This document shows positions 38,900 through 50,233 of a stretch of DNA of 64,000 bases, piece after piece; positions within the stretch are counted from its first letter, which is position 1, and every line of letters starts with the position of its first letter. The DNA comes from Mobula hypostoma (Eukaryota): contig NC_086097.1 of assembly GCF_963921235.1 (NCBI RefSeq), positions 32,738,001 to 32,802,000 of the forward strand, read 5' to 3'. Under the pieces are notes generated by a model. That model made no database searches. It was not told the DNA's origin and was given only the letters and a program-made list of their open reading frames with translations. The translations under genes were made by a program, and so were the position numbers.

Positions 38900-39423
38900 C
38901 AATGTTCCCTCTAAGGTATGCGCGCACACACATCTTGCTGCTAATGCACAAAGGAATTTAAACTGCGCACAGAAGGTTGTCACCCTCCACCTCATTGGCA
39001 CGTTAAGTATTTCACAATCTCATTTCCTTTTCCAGGTTCTGATGCAGACGGTGTTGACGGGGTGGAGTTTGTGAGGATTTATCTGTAGATTTTAGAACTG
39101 GCTTATTTATACTGTTTTTACTGAAGAATTCCAAAGATGCAAAGAGCATGAAGCACAAAAGAACTGCTAGTTCATTTAAATCGGGATAGATTTTTATCCT
39201 TAGAATAGCTTCAGGTTTACTTCCACTGAAAAATTCAGTGCGCACATGTTGTTGTCACTGGGCAAACAATTGCACAGCACAAGATTCTTGACGAAGGGTC
39301 TCGGCCCGAAACATCAACTGTACCTCCTCCTAGAGATGCTGCCTGGCCTGCTGCGTTCACCAGTAACTTTTATGTGTTACAAGATTTACGTGCGCACTGG
39401 TCATTACAAATTAGAGGGAATTG
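38900..39423. mobile_element. Probable non-autonomous DNA transposon (hAT-like MITE) containing a small PLE-repeat insertion
   Basis: Imperfect TIRs caatgttccctctaa (38900-38914) and ttagagggaattg (39411-39423); no clean outer TSD found. The inner insert 39287-39378 is flanked by acaagatt (39279-39286, 39379-39386) and has a decayed hammerhead core. Confidence 0.5.
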
Positions 39424-40698
39424 AAGAGTCACCTGATCTGCGTTGGGTTTCCTTGCGGTTGAGGAGACCTGCAGGGGTCGACTGACAAAGGGCCCAGGGG
39501 AAACATTAGCACAAAGGGAACAGGATGAAGGAATCGGCCATCTGGCCCATCAAGTTTGCTCTGCAGTTCAACAAGGTAACGGCTGATCTAGCTCTGCAAC
39601 TTGGTGGACTCCCAGGTGTTCTGGATTCCTCCTACATTCCAGAGGCGTGCAGGGTTAGTCGTCCCTGAGTGTAGGTGGGCACAGGAGAATCAGGGACAAG
39701 TTAACGGGTATGTGATGGAGAACGGACTGCAGACAGGCAAGTGGGGAACAAAACAGAAGGGTCAGCACTGAGAGCTGGCGTGGAATCGATGTCCTCATTC
39801 ATTGTCAAATTAAAATTCCATTATAGCAGGAGTCAAGGCGAAGGGGGTGGGTATGGATGAGGAGTTAAGTGGGACCATCCTCACTCACATCTGTTGCTTA
39901 TCAGTACCGTGGGTTTGACCTCAGCGAGGATAGGAATGTCTGTAGTCCAGACTGAAAGGCCTGTCTTGGGCTTTTGCCAGAGGCCAGGATATACCAGGAG
40001 GGTTAAAAGCCTTGCTTTAGCAGACTCACTCTGCCACAACGCTGATTCAGAAATCAATGCCTGGTTTGCCAAGAAATTTGTGTAGAATCAGGTGGATCCC
40101 TGGAGAATTCAAAAGAAAGTAGACACTTTTACACCAGGTTACCTTTCTTAACCCTTACCACAGTATCTATTTTAGGGTAGGTAATTGCACAAATCCTGAT
40201 TAATTCAGATGTCTCACAACTTTACTGTCCTATTAACACCAGTTACAGCCAGACACTGGGCTCAGGATATTCTGGTTCACAGACTCCTCTTATAAACCTG
40301 TGTTGATTCATCTACCATATGAAAGAACCTCCCAAAAATAACTTTTGATCTAGAAATAAACACTGGTTGAGTAGACGGTCAGTAGAGCCTCTGTTATGTC
40401 CACTTTTGTCAGAGTTAATTTGGGAAACCAGTTCTCAAAACGTTGGTCACAATAACAACGGCCCCCACTTCTTCCACCAGCTGGTAGGAATGAAGACTTG
40501 TGTTGTCGATGTGTCCCCTGCCCTCGACTTGTTCCAGCAGCTGTGTTGCAAAGTTTCACTTTCTTCAGGCCAACAGCTGGTGAATTATTCATAGGTGCTA
40601 TTTTTCACAGAACCCCCAGTGAGCAATTTTCTCCACATTAGCCTCTGCCTGTTTCAGAAACCCATACTGCCTCTGAGAATTTGGATTAGGGCTGATTA

Positions 40699-40729
40699 GA
40701 CAGACAGACAGACACACACACACACACAC
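40699..40729. repeat. (GACA)n(CA)n microsatellite
   Basis: gacagacagacagacacacacacacacacac. Confidence 0.9.
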
Positions 40730-41279
40730 CTCTCCCTGCATCCTGACAGTCACTATTGTGTTTAGCAAATACTAATTGGCTACTCAAAATAACGTGTAAC
40801 CCATGATTCTTCTATCCCAACCTCCACCTTCACCCTCATTTCCCCAGTAGTACATACCCACTCCTCGCATTGTCCGACCAGTATGTCTAAAAGCACTTTC
40901 ACTCCATTTATATCGAACTGCCAAATCTTACGCTTAATCAGATCAAAATTCTTTTCCTCATGAAATCTCTTCCAAAAACATGTTCTTGACTCAGTAACTG
41001 AAAAGTTGATTGGGACGACAATGGGGCTGACTCAGTTGCCCTCACTATATGTTCTGATGTATGGTTAAGCTCCCAACCTGTGAATGTCCAGTTAAAAAGA
41101 TGGGTACTTTGCATTTCTCAAACTGGTACTTCAAATTTTCTTTCATTTTTTTAAAAAACTAAATATTATAAATTTAACTTAAAGTTTTATGGTCCAGAGT
41201 TTGACAGGGCAGCCTCTTACCCTACCTTCTACCCGGGGTGGGAGGGCGAACATCTCAGCTTGTCAGATTAGCATTTCTT

Positions 41280-41720
41280 GTCACATTTACATTGAAACAT
41301 ACAATGAATCATAAACACAAAAAAATCTTCAGATGCTGGAAATCCTAGACAAAAACATACACAAAATACTGGAGGAACTCAGCAGGTCAGGCAGTGTCTA
41401 TGAAGGGAGTTAACAGTCGACATGTTGAGCTAAAACCCTTCATCAGTATTGCTACAGTGAAATGCATCATTTGCGTCAACAACCAACACAGGCCAAGGAT
41501 GTGCTAGAGGCAGCCTGCACGTGTCACCATGCGTCCGGCACCAACACAGTGTGTCCACAACTCACTAACCCTGACCTGTACATCTTTGGAACGCAGGAGG
41601 AAACCCATGCAGTCACGGGGAGAACGTACAAACTCCTCACTGACAGTGGTGGGAAATGAACCCAGTCCTCCAATCGACTGAGGGTGCTGTGTTTGCAGTT
41701 ATAAGCACTTAACTGGGCCA
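41280..41720 (-). mobile_element. V-type SINE interrupted by a decayed PLE terminal repeat (~41310-41452)
   Basis: Minus strand gggttcatttcccacc...gaggagtttgtacgttctccccgtgactgcatgggtttcctcc. The insert has ctgatgaagggttttagctc. Confidence 0.65.
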
Positions 41721-41939
41721 CGTTAAAAGGGGAAAGAAAGCCATAACAAAACTGGTCGAGTCCCTGACTCTGGCCGTTATCACAGTCCGGGTGTGGGAGA
41801 TGCCAAAGGCTCTATCTCCACAGAGGAAGGCTGGCTGCTGTAACCTCAATCACTGTCTCTCCAATTCACATCACCATCATGGTTAGTCCTCTCCCCAACT
41901 ACACACATCCGTACAGTACTACAAGTTCGTAAGCACTAC

Positions 41940-42720
41940 AGCATCTGTCAGTGGATTACAAGCTCCCTGACAGGAAGGAAGCAGTATATAAAGCAGGACT
42001 TCTATTTGTCCGATCCAATGTCTATAAGCACAGTCTCTCCCCAGGGGTGTGTTCTTTCACCCCTCCTGTTCTCACTTGATACAAATGACTGTACCTCTGC
42101 AGATAAAATACATTTAAATCCTAAAATTCACAGATGACACGACTGTCTCATCTCTAATAATGATGTGACCTACTATCTAAGAGAGGTAGACTGTCTTGCA
42201 GCACGTACATAACAACTCAGAGCTCAATGCTATCAAGACAGTGGAAATGAGGACTGACTTCCGCTGACAACCCCCAACCTGCCCGCTCCCTTGGAAATTA
42301 ATGTTCAGGCTGTGTCTTGTGGTTCAGCCATTCAAATTCCTGGGGACAACCGGTACCAAAATACTGAAGTGGGACAAGCACATGACTCTCACCACTAGAA
42401 AAACTAGCGGATTGTTCTTCCTATGACAGCTTAGGAAACTCAACATCTCAGGACCTATTCCGATAATTGTTTTACTCAGCCATCATTGACTGTGTTGTGA
42501 CCACCTCAATTACCGTTTGGCTTCCCGCCGCCGCCTCCTTCTCCAAGTCCAGGTTGCAGTGAGTGGTCCACTCAGTGAAGAGAATCTTTGGCCGTCAGCT
42601 TCTGACATTAAAGATCTGATCATCGCCAGAGTGAAGAGGAGAGCTAAAAAATTACTTCTGACTCCCCCCATCCTGTGGTCACCTATCCACCGAATTGCCA
42701 CCAGGGAAACACTACAGCTC
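41940..42720 (+). mobile_element. Decayed Rex1/Babar-type RT fragment
   Basis: SPQGCVLSPLLFSL.TNDC, LKFTDDT, ELNAIKTVEM and FKFLG. Confidence 0.75.
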
Positions 42721-43454
42721 CATCACTACCAGACTACACGTCATCTCTGAAGCTCCTTTCCTGTAGCTATCCAGCTTCGCAACACAACTCACTCTGGTGT
42801 AATACCCTAACTCTTTCTACACAACATCCGTTAAATTGTGTCTCCTGCTCTCCTTATTTAGTCTGTTCATGTGTTCACATTTACTTACGTTTGCACACAT
42901 GACTGTTCTGCTAATTGTTGATTGCTCATGGCTGTTTGCACTATTGTCCTGTAAATTGCTGGTTGCTATTGTGTTTTCTGTTACGGTATTGTCCCGTGTT
43001 TTATGCTTGGCACTGAACCACAATCAATTTTGGTATGTTTCACATACTGGCAGCTAAATGATTCTGATTCATAAACGCAAGAGATTCTGCAAGTGCTGGG
43101 AATCACGAGCAACAGGTTTACCAAGTTTCTTCAGCACTTTGACAGACTCCTGCCACTCAGCTGAGGGTTAACCTTGCAGCTTTGCTGCCCGTTTCAAACA
43201 CCGGGTGTGATCAGCATGGGTTCTTCTCCTATCCCATGCCAAGTACAGCACCACGTTCACTGACGTTCACAGACACAGACACTAACCTTGCCATCTCTCT
43301 ACTTCCATACTCACCTTTTGGCACTCTTGCACTCTTCTTCCTTGCCACACTCACACTGAACCTGAACCTGAAACAGACGTGTGTATCAAATATGCCCACC
43401 CCTGCTCCCACAGCATTTCATTTTCTTTCCTCTCACACTTCGGAGAAGGAAGTC

Positions 43455-44808
43455 TGAGAATCGGAGCGGGAGTGCAGAGGAAGCCATTTTTGAATTTTTC
43501 GGTTTTTTTCCCATCTGCGTTCAGAGAGGCGGGACCGCACAGGCGTGTGACATCGGGCAGTGAAGCGCAGAAGATTTAAAAGGAACAGCGCCTCATACAG
43601 CAGGCAGTGTAGTTTGTGGGCAGTGGAGTGAGCCGGGAGCAGAGTGAAGGCTTAAGGGCTTCGGCTCAACTGGCTTAGGTGGAAACGGGCAAGGCGAGGA
43701 ATAACATTTTTTGTTGTTATTTGAGAAGGGCAGTATGAGTGTGAGGGCAGTTTGTTGTTCTCGGTGCCGGATGTGGGAGGTCCTGGAGTCTCCAAGCCTC
43801 CCGGACGACCACATCTGCGCCAGGTGCATCGAGATGCAGCTCCTAAGGGACCGCGTTAGGGAACTGGAGCTGCAGCTCGATGACCTTTGTCTGGTCAGGG
43901 AGAGTGAGGAGTTGATAGAGAGGAGTTACAGGCAGGTGGTCACACCGGGGCCACAGGAGGCAGACAAGTGGGTCACGGCTAGGAGGGGGAAGAGGAAGAG
44001 TCAGGTAATAGAGAGTACCCCAGTGGCTGTGCCCCTTAACAATAGGTTCTCCTGTTTGAGTACTGTTGTGGGGGGACAGCTTACCTGGGGGAAGCGACAG
44101 TGGCCGTGCCTCTGGCACAGAGTCCGGCCCTGTAGCTCAGAAGGGTAGGGAAAGGAAGAGGAGGGCAGTAGTAATAGGGGACTCGATAGTAAGGGGGTCA
44201 GATAGGCGATTCTGTGGACGCAGTCCAGAGACCCGGATGGTAGTTTGCCTCTCTGGTGCCAGGGTCCGGGATATTTCTGATCGCGTCCAAGATATCATGA
44301 AGTGGGAGGGTGAGGAGCCAGAGGTCGTGGTACATATAGGTACCAATGACATAGGTAGGAAAAGGGAAGAGGTCCTGAAAGGAGAATATACGGAGTTAGG
44401 AAGGGAGTTGAGAAAAAGGACCGCAAAGGTAGTAATCTCGGGACAGTGAGAGTAGGAATGCGATGAGGTGGAGGATAAATGCATGGCTGAGGGATTGGAG
44501 CAGGGGGCAGGGATTAAGTTTTTGGATCATTGGGACCTCTTTGGGCACAGGTGTGACCTGTACAAAAAGGACAGGTTACACTTGAATCCTGGGGGGACCA
44601 ATATCCTAGTGGGGAGATTTGCGAGGGCTACTGAGGTGACTTTAAACTAGAATGGTTGGGAGGTGGGAATCAAATTAAAGAGACTATGAGAGAGGAGGTT
44701 AGTTCACAACAGGGGGATGGGAACAAGTGCAGAGAGGCAGAGGGGTGTAAAATGAGGGTAGAAGCAAAAAGTAGTACGGTGAAAAGTAAAAGTGGCAGGC
44801 TGGCAAAT
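43455..44808 (+). mobile_element. CR1 5' region: 5' UTR and ORF1 (zinc finger, coiled coil, SGNH esterase), 3'-truncated
   Basis: CSRCRMW..HICARC, VVIGDSIVRG, VHIGTNDIG and DRLHLN. Confidence 0.88.
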
Positions 44809-44929
44809 GTTTGTACCCAGCTGTTGTATACATCACCAAACAGAAGTTTCCAGCACAACTCTTCACAGGTCAGTGTAGAAGTTAAATGGAGGGGAAGGAA
44901 AATTAATTGAAAGCAAAAAAGACAGCATG

Positions 44930-45180
44930 GGTCAGAGACAAGGTGAAGCTCCCACTACATCACACAGTCCCAGGAACAGTCAGTCAGAGTGAAGCTCCCT
45001 CCATGCCACCCCACCACACACATGGTGAAGATCCTTCTGCACTGCCCTACCACACAAATACACAGAGTCAGACAAAGAGTGAATCTCCCACTACACTGGC
45101 CCATCACACACTGCTGTAGTCAGATACAGAGTTAAGCTCCCTCTACACCATCCCATCTCACACTCCCAGGGTCAGACACA
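44930..45180 (+). repeat. Degenerate ~50-bp minisatellite
   Basis: Recurring gtcagacacagagtgaagctccctctacac..cccatcacacact units. Confidence 0.7.
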
Positions 45181-45652
45181 TTGTGGAGCTGTTCTGATTG
45201 AGCTAGGAGAAACAGAAGGAAAAACTGTTGGATAAAGTTATCCTGAGGCATTGGAGAAGATGTGGTGGAACTCCTGGATATCTTAGTGAGCAACTGTTCC
45301 ACTCTGGGAGCTTCTTCTGAAGTTTTTCCTGTTAGCATGGCACTTGCTGGTGGCTGCTAACTGCGCAATTTCTTGCCACAGCGGCTGGCAAATTTCCAGA
45401 AGCTGTATTACACCTAAGAGAGGGAAAAACACATCGATTGTTTTCCAACTAACATTGGAATAAACCCCTTCCCTCCACCTCGTCGTGAATCTCAGTCGGT
45501 GTGAATGGAAGAGTGATTCCAAGACGTCTCGATCCTTTGAGAACTGGGGAATTTTTTCAAGACTGACAAAGCATTTCCTGGAGTGGGAATTCACTGGTGT
45601 TTTGCCAAAAGGACTGCCAGGTATGCCAGGGATTTTTGCTCCCACCCCAATT

Positions 45653-46568
45653 CTGCACAAATATGACCTCCATGGAAGAGTCATCAGAAGAAAACTTTTC
45701 CTGCATCCTCATCTCAGAATTCAGCGTCAGAAGTTTGCAAAGGAACATCTAAAGAAGCCTGATGCATTTTGGAACCAAGTCCTGTGGACTGATGAAATTA
45801 AAATAGAACTTTTTGGCCGCAATGAGCAAAGGTATGTTTGGAGAAAAAAGGGTGCAGAATTTCATGACAAGAACACCTCTACAACTGTTAAGCACAGGGG
45901 TGGATCAATCATGCTTTGGGCTTGTGTTGCAGTCAGTGGCATGGGGAATATTTCACTGGTAGAGGGAAGAATGAATTCAATTCCTCCAGCAAATTCACCA
46001 GCAAATTCTGGAAGCAAACCGTCTGTAAAAAAGCTGAAGATGAAAAGAGGATGGCTTCTACAACAGGATAATGATCCTAAACACACCTCAAAATCCACAA
46101 TGGTCTACCTGAAGAGGTGCAAGCTGAAGGTTTTGCCATGGCCCTCACAGTCCCCTGACCCAAACATCATCGAAAATCTGTGGATAGACCTCAAAAGAGC
46201 AGTGCATGCAAGACAGCCCAAGAATCTCACAGAACAAGGAAGAATGGGCGAAAATCCTCCAAACAAGAACTGAAAGACTCTTAGCTGGCTACAGAAAGCA
46301 TTTACAAGCTGTGATACTTGACAAAGGGGATGTTACTAAGTACTGACCATGCAGGGTGCTCAAACTTTTGCTTCGGGCCCTTTTCCATTTTTTGTTATTT
46401 TGAAACTATAAAAGATGGAAATAAAAAAAAAGTAATCTTGCTTAAAATATTAAAGAAATATGTCATCTTTAACTTTATGGCTTTTGGAAATCAGGTCATC
46501 TTTTACTCGCTTAGCTATTAACAGTAACAGAACTTTTGACGGGGTGCCCAAACTTTTGTATGCCACAG
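45653..46568 (+). mobile_element. 5'-truncated Tc1 (same family as 4945-12390) with intact DD34E residues and right TIR
   Basis: WTDE and QQDNDPKH...SPDPNIIE (34 residues between the second D and E). The TIR ends at 46568, followed by TA. Confidence 0.9.
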
Positions 46569-46599
46569 TATAGTCCTCCCTCCTTGCTATATGGACTGG

Positions 46600-47212
46600 A
46601 GTCATGGACAACATACACAGACAGGTAAAATCCCTAGAAACTTACCATCAAAGATGCCTCCAAAAGATTGAGTGTTAGCTGAAAGAACAGGCATACTAAC
46701 TCCAGCATCCTGGAGGAAGCTAACATGAACTCCACAGCCACAATCGCGATTCAACACCGAATGTGATGGGTCGGCCACATCATCTGTCTGCCCGTCTCCC
46801 ACCTCCCTAAACAACTCCTGTTTGGCCAACTCAAGGATGCAAAGCACATTCCTGGAGGGCAGAAAAAAAAAACAGTTCAAGGACAATATCAAGACCCACC
46901 TGAGGAAGTGCCACTTCAACCTGAATGGATGGGAGAACTTAACATAAGATGGGGAAAGCTGGAGAAGGGGTCTGCACAGCTCGAAGAATACCCTCCACCG
47001 TGTCACTGAGACTAAATGGCTTCAATGTAAGGAGAGACTGGGAAAGGCCCAACCAGCTACATCCACCACCACTTCAATAACCTACATCTGCCATCGCTGC
47101 AATAGGACTTGTGGATCATGGATTGGCCTCTTCAGTCATCTCAAGACCCACAAATGACCAGATTAAGCACCAGGAGAAGAATCATACTCGACTACGAGTG
47201 ATCGCTGATGAC
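46600..47212 (+). mobile_element. RTE-clade LINE 3' end, decayed
   Basis: LPKQLLFGQL, GGQKK.FKDNIK and a C-terminal C..C...IGLFSHLKTH finger. Confidence 0.75.
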
Positions 47213-50094
47213 ATGCAGAGGGTGCAGCAGGGGATGGGGAGGAGACTCCGGGAGGCTGGAAGGTGAAGAAGTCGTCCAAACAGCCCAGGAAGCAGGCCCC
47301 TGTGAATGCAGAGATCACGCCCGCTCCTGTGTCCTGTACCAAGGAACTCACTTGCCCTGGAGTTCAGGGAAGTGGACTGGGTGATAGAAGAAGAGAGTGC
47401 CACTGACCCATGTACCTGTGTGCTCCTCCAGCCTGAAGACGGGCTCTCCTCCCACGAAGGCAGAAAGTGTAGATGTGGTGGGGGGGGGGTGGGAATGGAG
47501 GTGGAGGTCGGCCCCAAACCCAAATCCTTAGAGGTGGTGGGTGGAATGTGTGTGCAGGAAGGTGTTGTTGCCCCTGATCTGGCAACTGAGACGGCCCTGG
47601 AGCCCTCCACCTAGGACATATCAGTTAGTGCCTCCCTAAAGGCAAGCACACTGGGTAATGATAGCAAAGCAACAGATCAGGCTCCCGGTGGACCCCTGGA
47701 ACTAGAATTGGGCCTGGCTCCTGAGGTGAGGGAAGTACTCTTCATGCTAACCCTATCAACCCTTGGTTCACCTGGGGATGATCCCTTCATTGTTGTTCCT
47801 TAGGGTAGGGCTGAGGTAAAGGTGGAGTCTGCAGGTAAGAGTTAGAAGTGCTAGTCCGCTAGTACACATGGGGAGAAAGGTGGGGGCTCCATGTGTAGTG
47901 AGGGGGTAGAGGGAGACTCATTTGATAGTTAGACAATAAACATCCTTACCCCTCCTGAGAAGTCCCCGTTGAGGAGATCAAAGAGGTGTGACAGATTGGT
48001 TAAAACAAGCTTTCCCAAACTGTTCCAGTATGCTGAAGCTGGTTAAGTCCTTGTGTGTCATCCTCAGACAGAAGGGGAAGAGGAATGCTGTATCTGGGAA
48101 TGACAGGCAACAGTTTAAATCCTTCCTGGATGACCTGGTGAGAGACATCAGGGTAGGGAGCAGCCTTATTCCTTTGGGGGATGGCAAGTCACAAGGTGGC
48201 ACTTGTACCACTTGAGTCCGGAAAGCAAAGAGCAATCTTGATCTTTTTGGGGAGAGTAGGGTAAAGGGCAGCTCTGCTCTCTCCGGGAAGGGTGCTGGTG
48301 CAGAGGACTAGTGTACTCCCGATATGAAGCTCACCATAGCTACTCTCAATGTGAATGGTAGCATGGATTCTCTCCACAGGTTTCACCATCTCTCAGTCCT
48401 GAGAGATGGGAGATGTGCGGTGAGTTTCCTGTAGGAAACCCATACCATCCCAGGAAAATGAGTCCACTTGGCTCCAGGAGTGGCAGGGAGGGGTCTACAT
48501 GAGCTACTTCCACTCCAGCGAGGTGGCAATCCTGTTGGCCCCAACCTTCCAGCTGGAAGTCATAAGAGTCCAGGATATCGTTCCAGCTGCTGACTCCACC
48601 TGACCGTGTACCACTGCACTTCATCAATGTGTACACCCCATGGCGCGGGTGTCGTAGACGAGCCTATTCCATCAGGTGTCCACTCTGCTGAGCTCCAACG
48701 ACCCCAGGGACTTGTGTCATCCTTGGGGGAGGTTTCGACTGTATCCTCGAGGTAGAGGACCGCTCTGGTCTCCAGTGTGACCCAGCGTCGGCAAAGAAGT
48801 TAAGGGAGCTAGTGGGCTCCTTTGACTTAGTGGAATCTTCATCCTGACTCTAGTGAAGTCTCTTTGAGAAGCTCTAGAGGGGGAAGTTCTCACACAGACC
48901 ACCTCCACATCTCTTGGGCGTACATCTCCCGCATGGCGACATCCTCCATGCGGCTGGTGTCATGCTTAGACCATCACCTTGTGTGGATAGAGTATGTTTC
49001 TCTGCACCCTCTGCTGGGATCCAGGCACTGGCACCAATAACCAGCTGCTGGAAGACAGCCAATTCCAGATGATTGCGTCACCTGGAGGATGAGCTACATG
49101 GTAGGATTTCTGATCCCTACGGCTAAGGTGGGTAATCGACAAAGTCCACATCCGGTTTCTTTGTTGGGAGTACATTAGGGGGTCGACAAAGAGGTGGGGT
49201 TTGAGAGAAGGTTGCTTGATTTAGAGTTCCATCTTGGTCAGACTGCTAGGGACCAACAGTTATAGTAGGGACACCAGGAGGAGGAGGAGCATGCACTGAG
49301 GGATCTGCAGCTCCAGCAGTCCCAAGGTGCTTACATGAGGTCACGGATCCAAATGCTGCAGGATTTGGACCGTGGCTTACCATTTTTCTACTCATTGGTG
49401 AAGTTGCGGGGACTCTAAAAGCAGGCAGTGGAGTTACTAGTTGCTGATGGCTCCTCCATCACAGATCCTGATGAAATCTACGCAGAAATAATCCCCTTAT
49501 ACAGGTCCTTGTTGCTGCCAGACCTGTTGAGTCAGCGAGGTCTGGAAAGATTTCCTGACAGTCAACCGAGAGCATGTAGAATGGCTGGATGCTCCCCTGA
49601 TTCAGGCTCAGCTGTCCACAGCTCTTCAACTCCAGAGGGGCAAGTCGCCTAGTCCAGATGGCTTGACCATCGAGTTCCTTCAGGCTTTCTGGGATCTTCC
49701 GGTGGATGACTATAGCTTTGTCCTAGCCTAGCCACCAGGGAAGTGCCCCATTCATGGCAGGGAGCTGTGTGGTCCTGTTGCCCAAGAAGGGAGACCTCCA
49801 CCTGGTAAAGAACTAGCATCCAATCTCTCTTTTGCATGGGGACTACAAGATCTTTGCCCAGGCAATGGCCAACCGTCTTGACCAGAAGGCATTTTACTAG
49901 GTGGGCACTCTGCAGGCATGTGGACTCGGACCACACTTTGTACCCAGGTTTGGCGACAGTTGTATCACCAGATGGAGAAACCGCAGTGTTCGAGCTCCTA
50001 GCTGGTGTGCTGCAAGGAGACACTCTGGCACCCTACATCTTTATAATCGTCCTTGATTATGCTCTGCGTCAAGCTACCAAAGATCATGACAAGC

Positions 50095-50233
50095 AACACA
50101 CATCAAAGTTGCTGGTGAACGCAGCAGGCCAGGCAGCATCTCTAGGAAAAGGTACAGTCGACGTTTCGGGCCGAGACCCTTCGTCAGGACTGTGTTGCTT
50201 GAATTTCCAGCATCTGTAGAATTCCTCATGTTT
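50095..50233. mobile_element. ~140-bp PLE terminal-repeat mini-insertion with a TSD of up to 16 bp
   Basis: aaagatcatgacaagc at 50079-50094 and 50234-50249. It contains a minus-strand repeat followed by a plus-strand repeat tail. Confidence 0.88.
50154..50193 (-). ncRNA. Minimal type-I hammerhead ribozyme motif (best-preserved copy)
   Basis: acagtc-CTGACGA-a-gggt-ctcg-gccc-GAAAC-GTC-gactgt: 6-bp stem I, 4-bp stem II and a GUC cleavage triplet. Confidence 0.8.

Noticed and set aside
20800..50233. Recurring ~100-bp repeats or the 44930-45180 array as a CRISPR-like system
   Set aside because: The copies are dispersed, in both orientations and TSD-flanked. The array is a degenerate minisatellite without unique spacers, and no cas genes are present.
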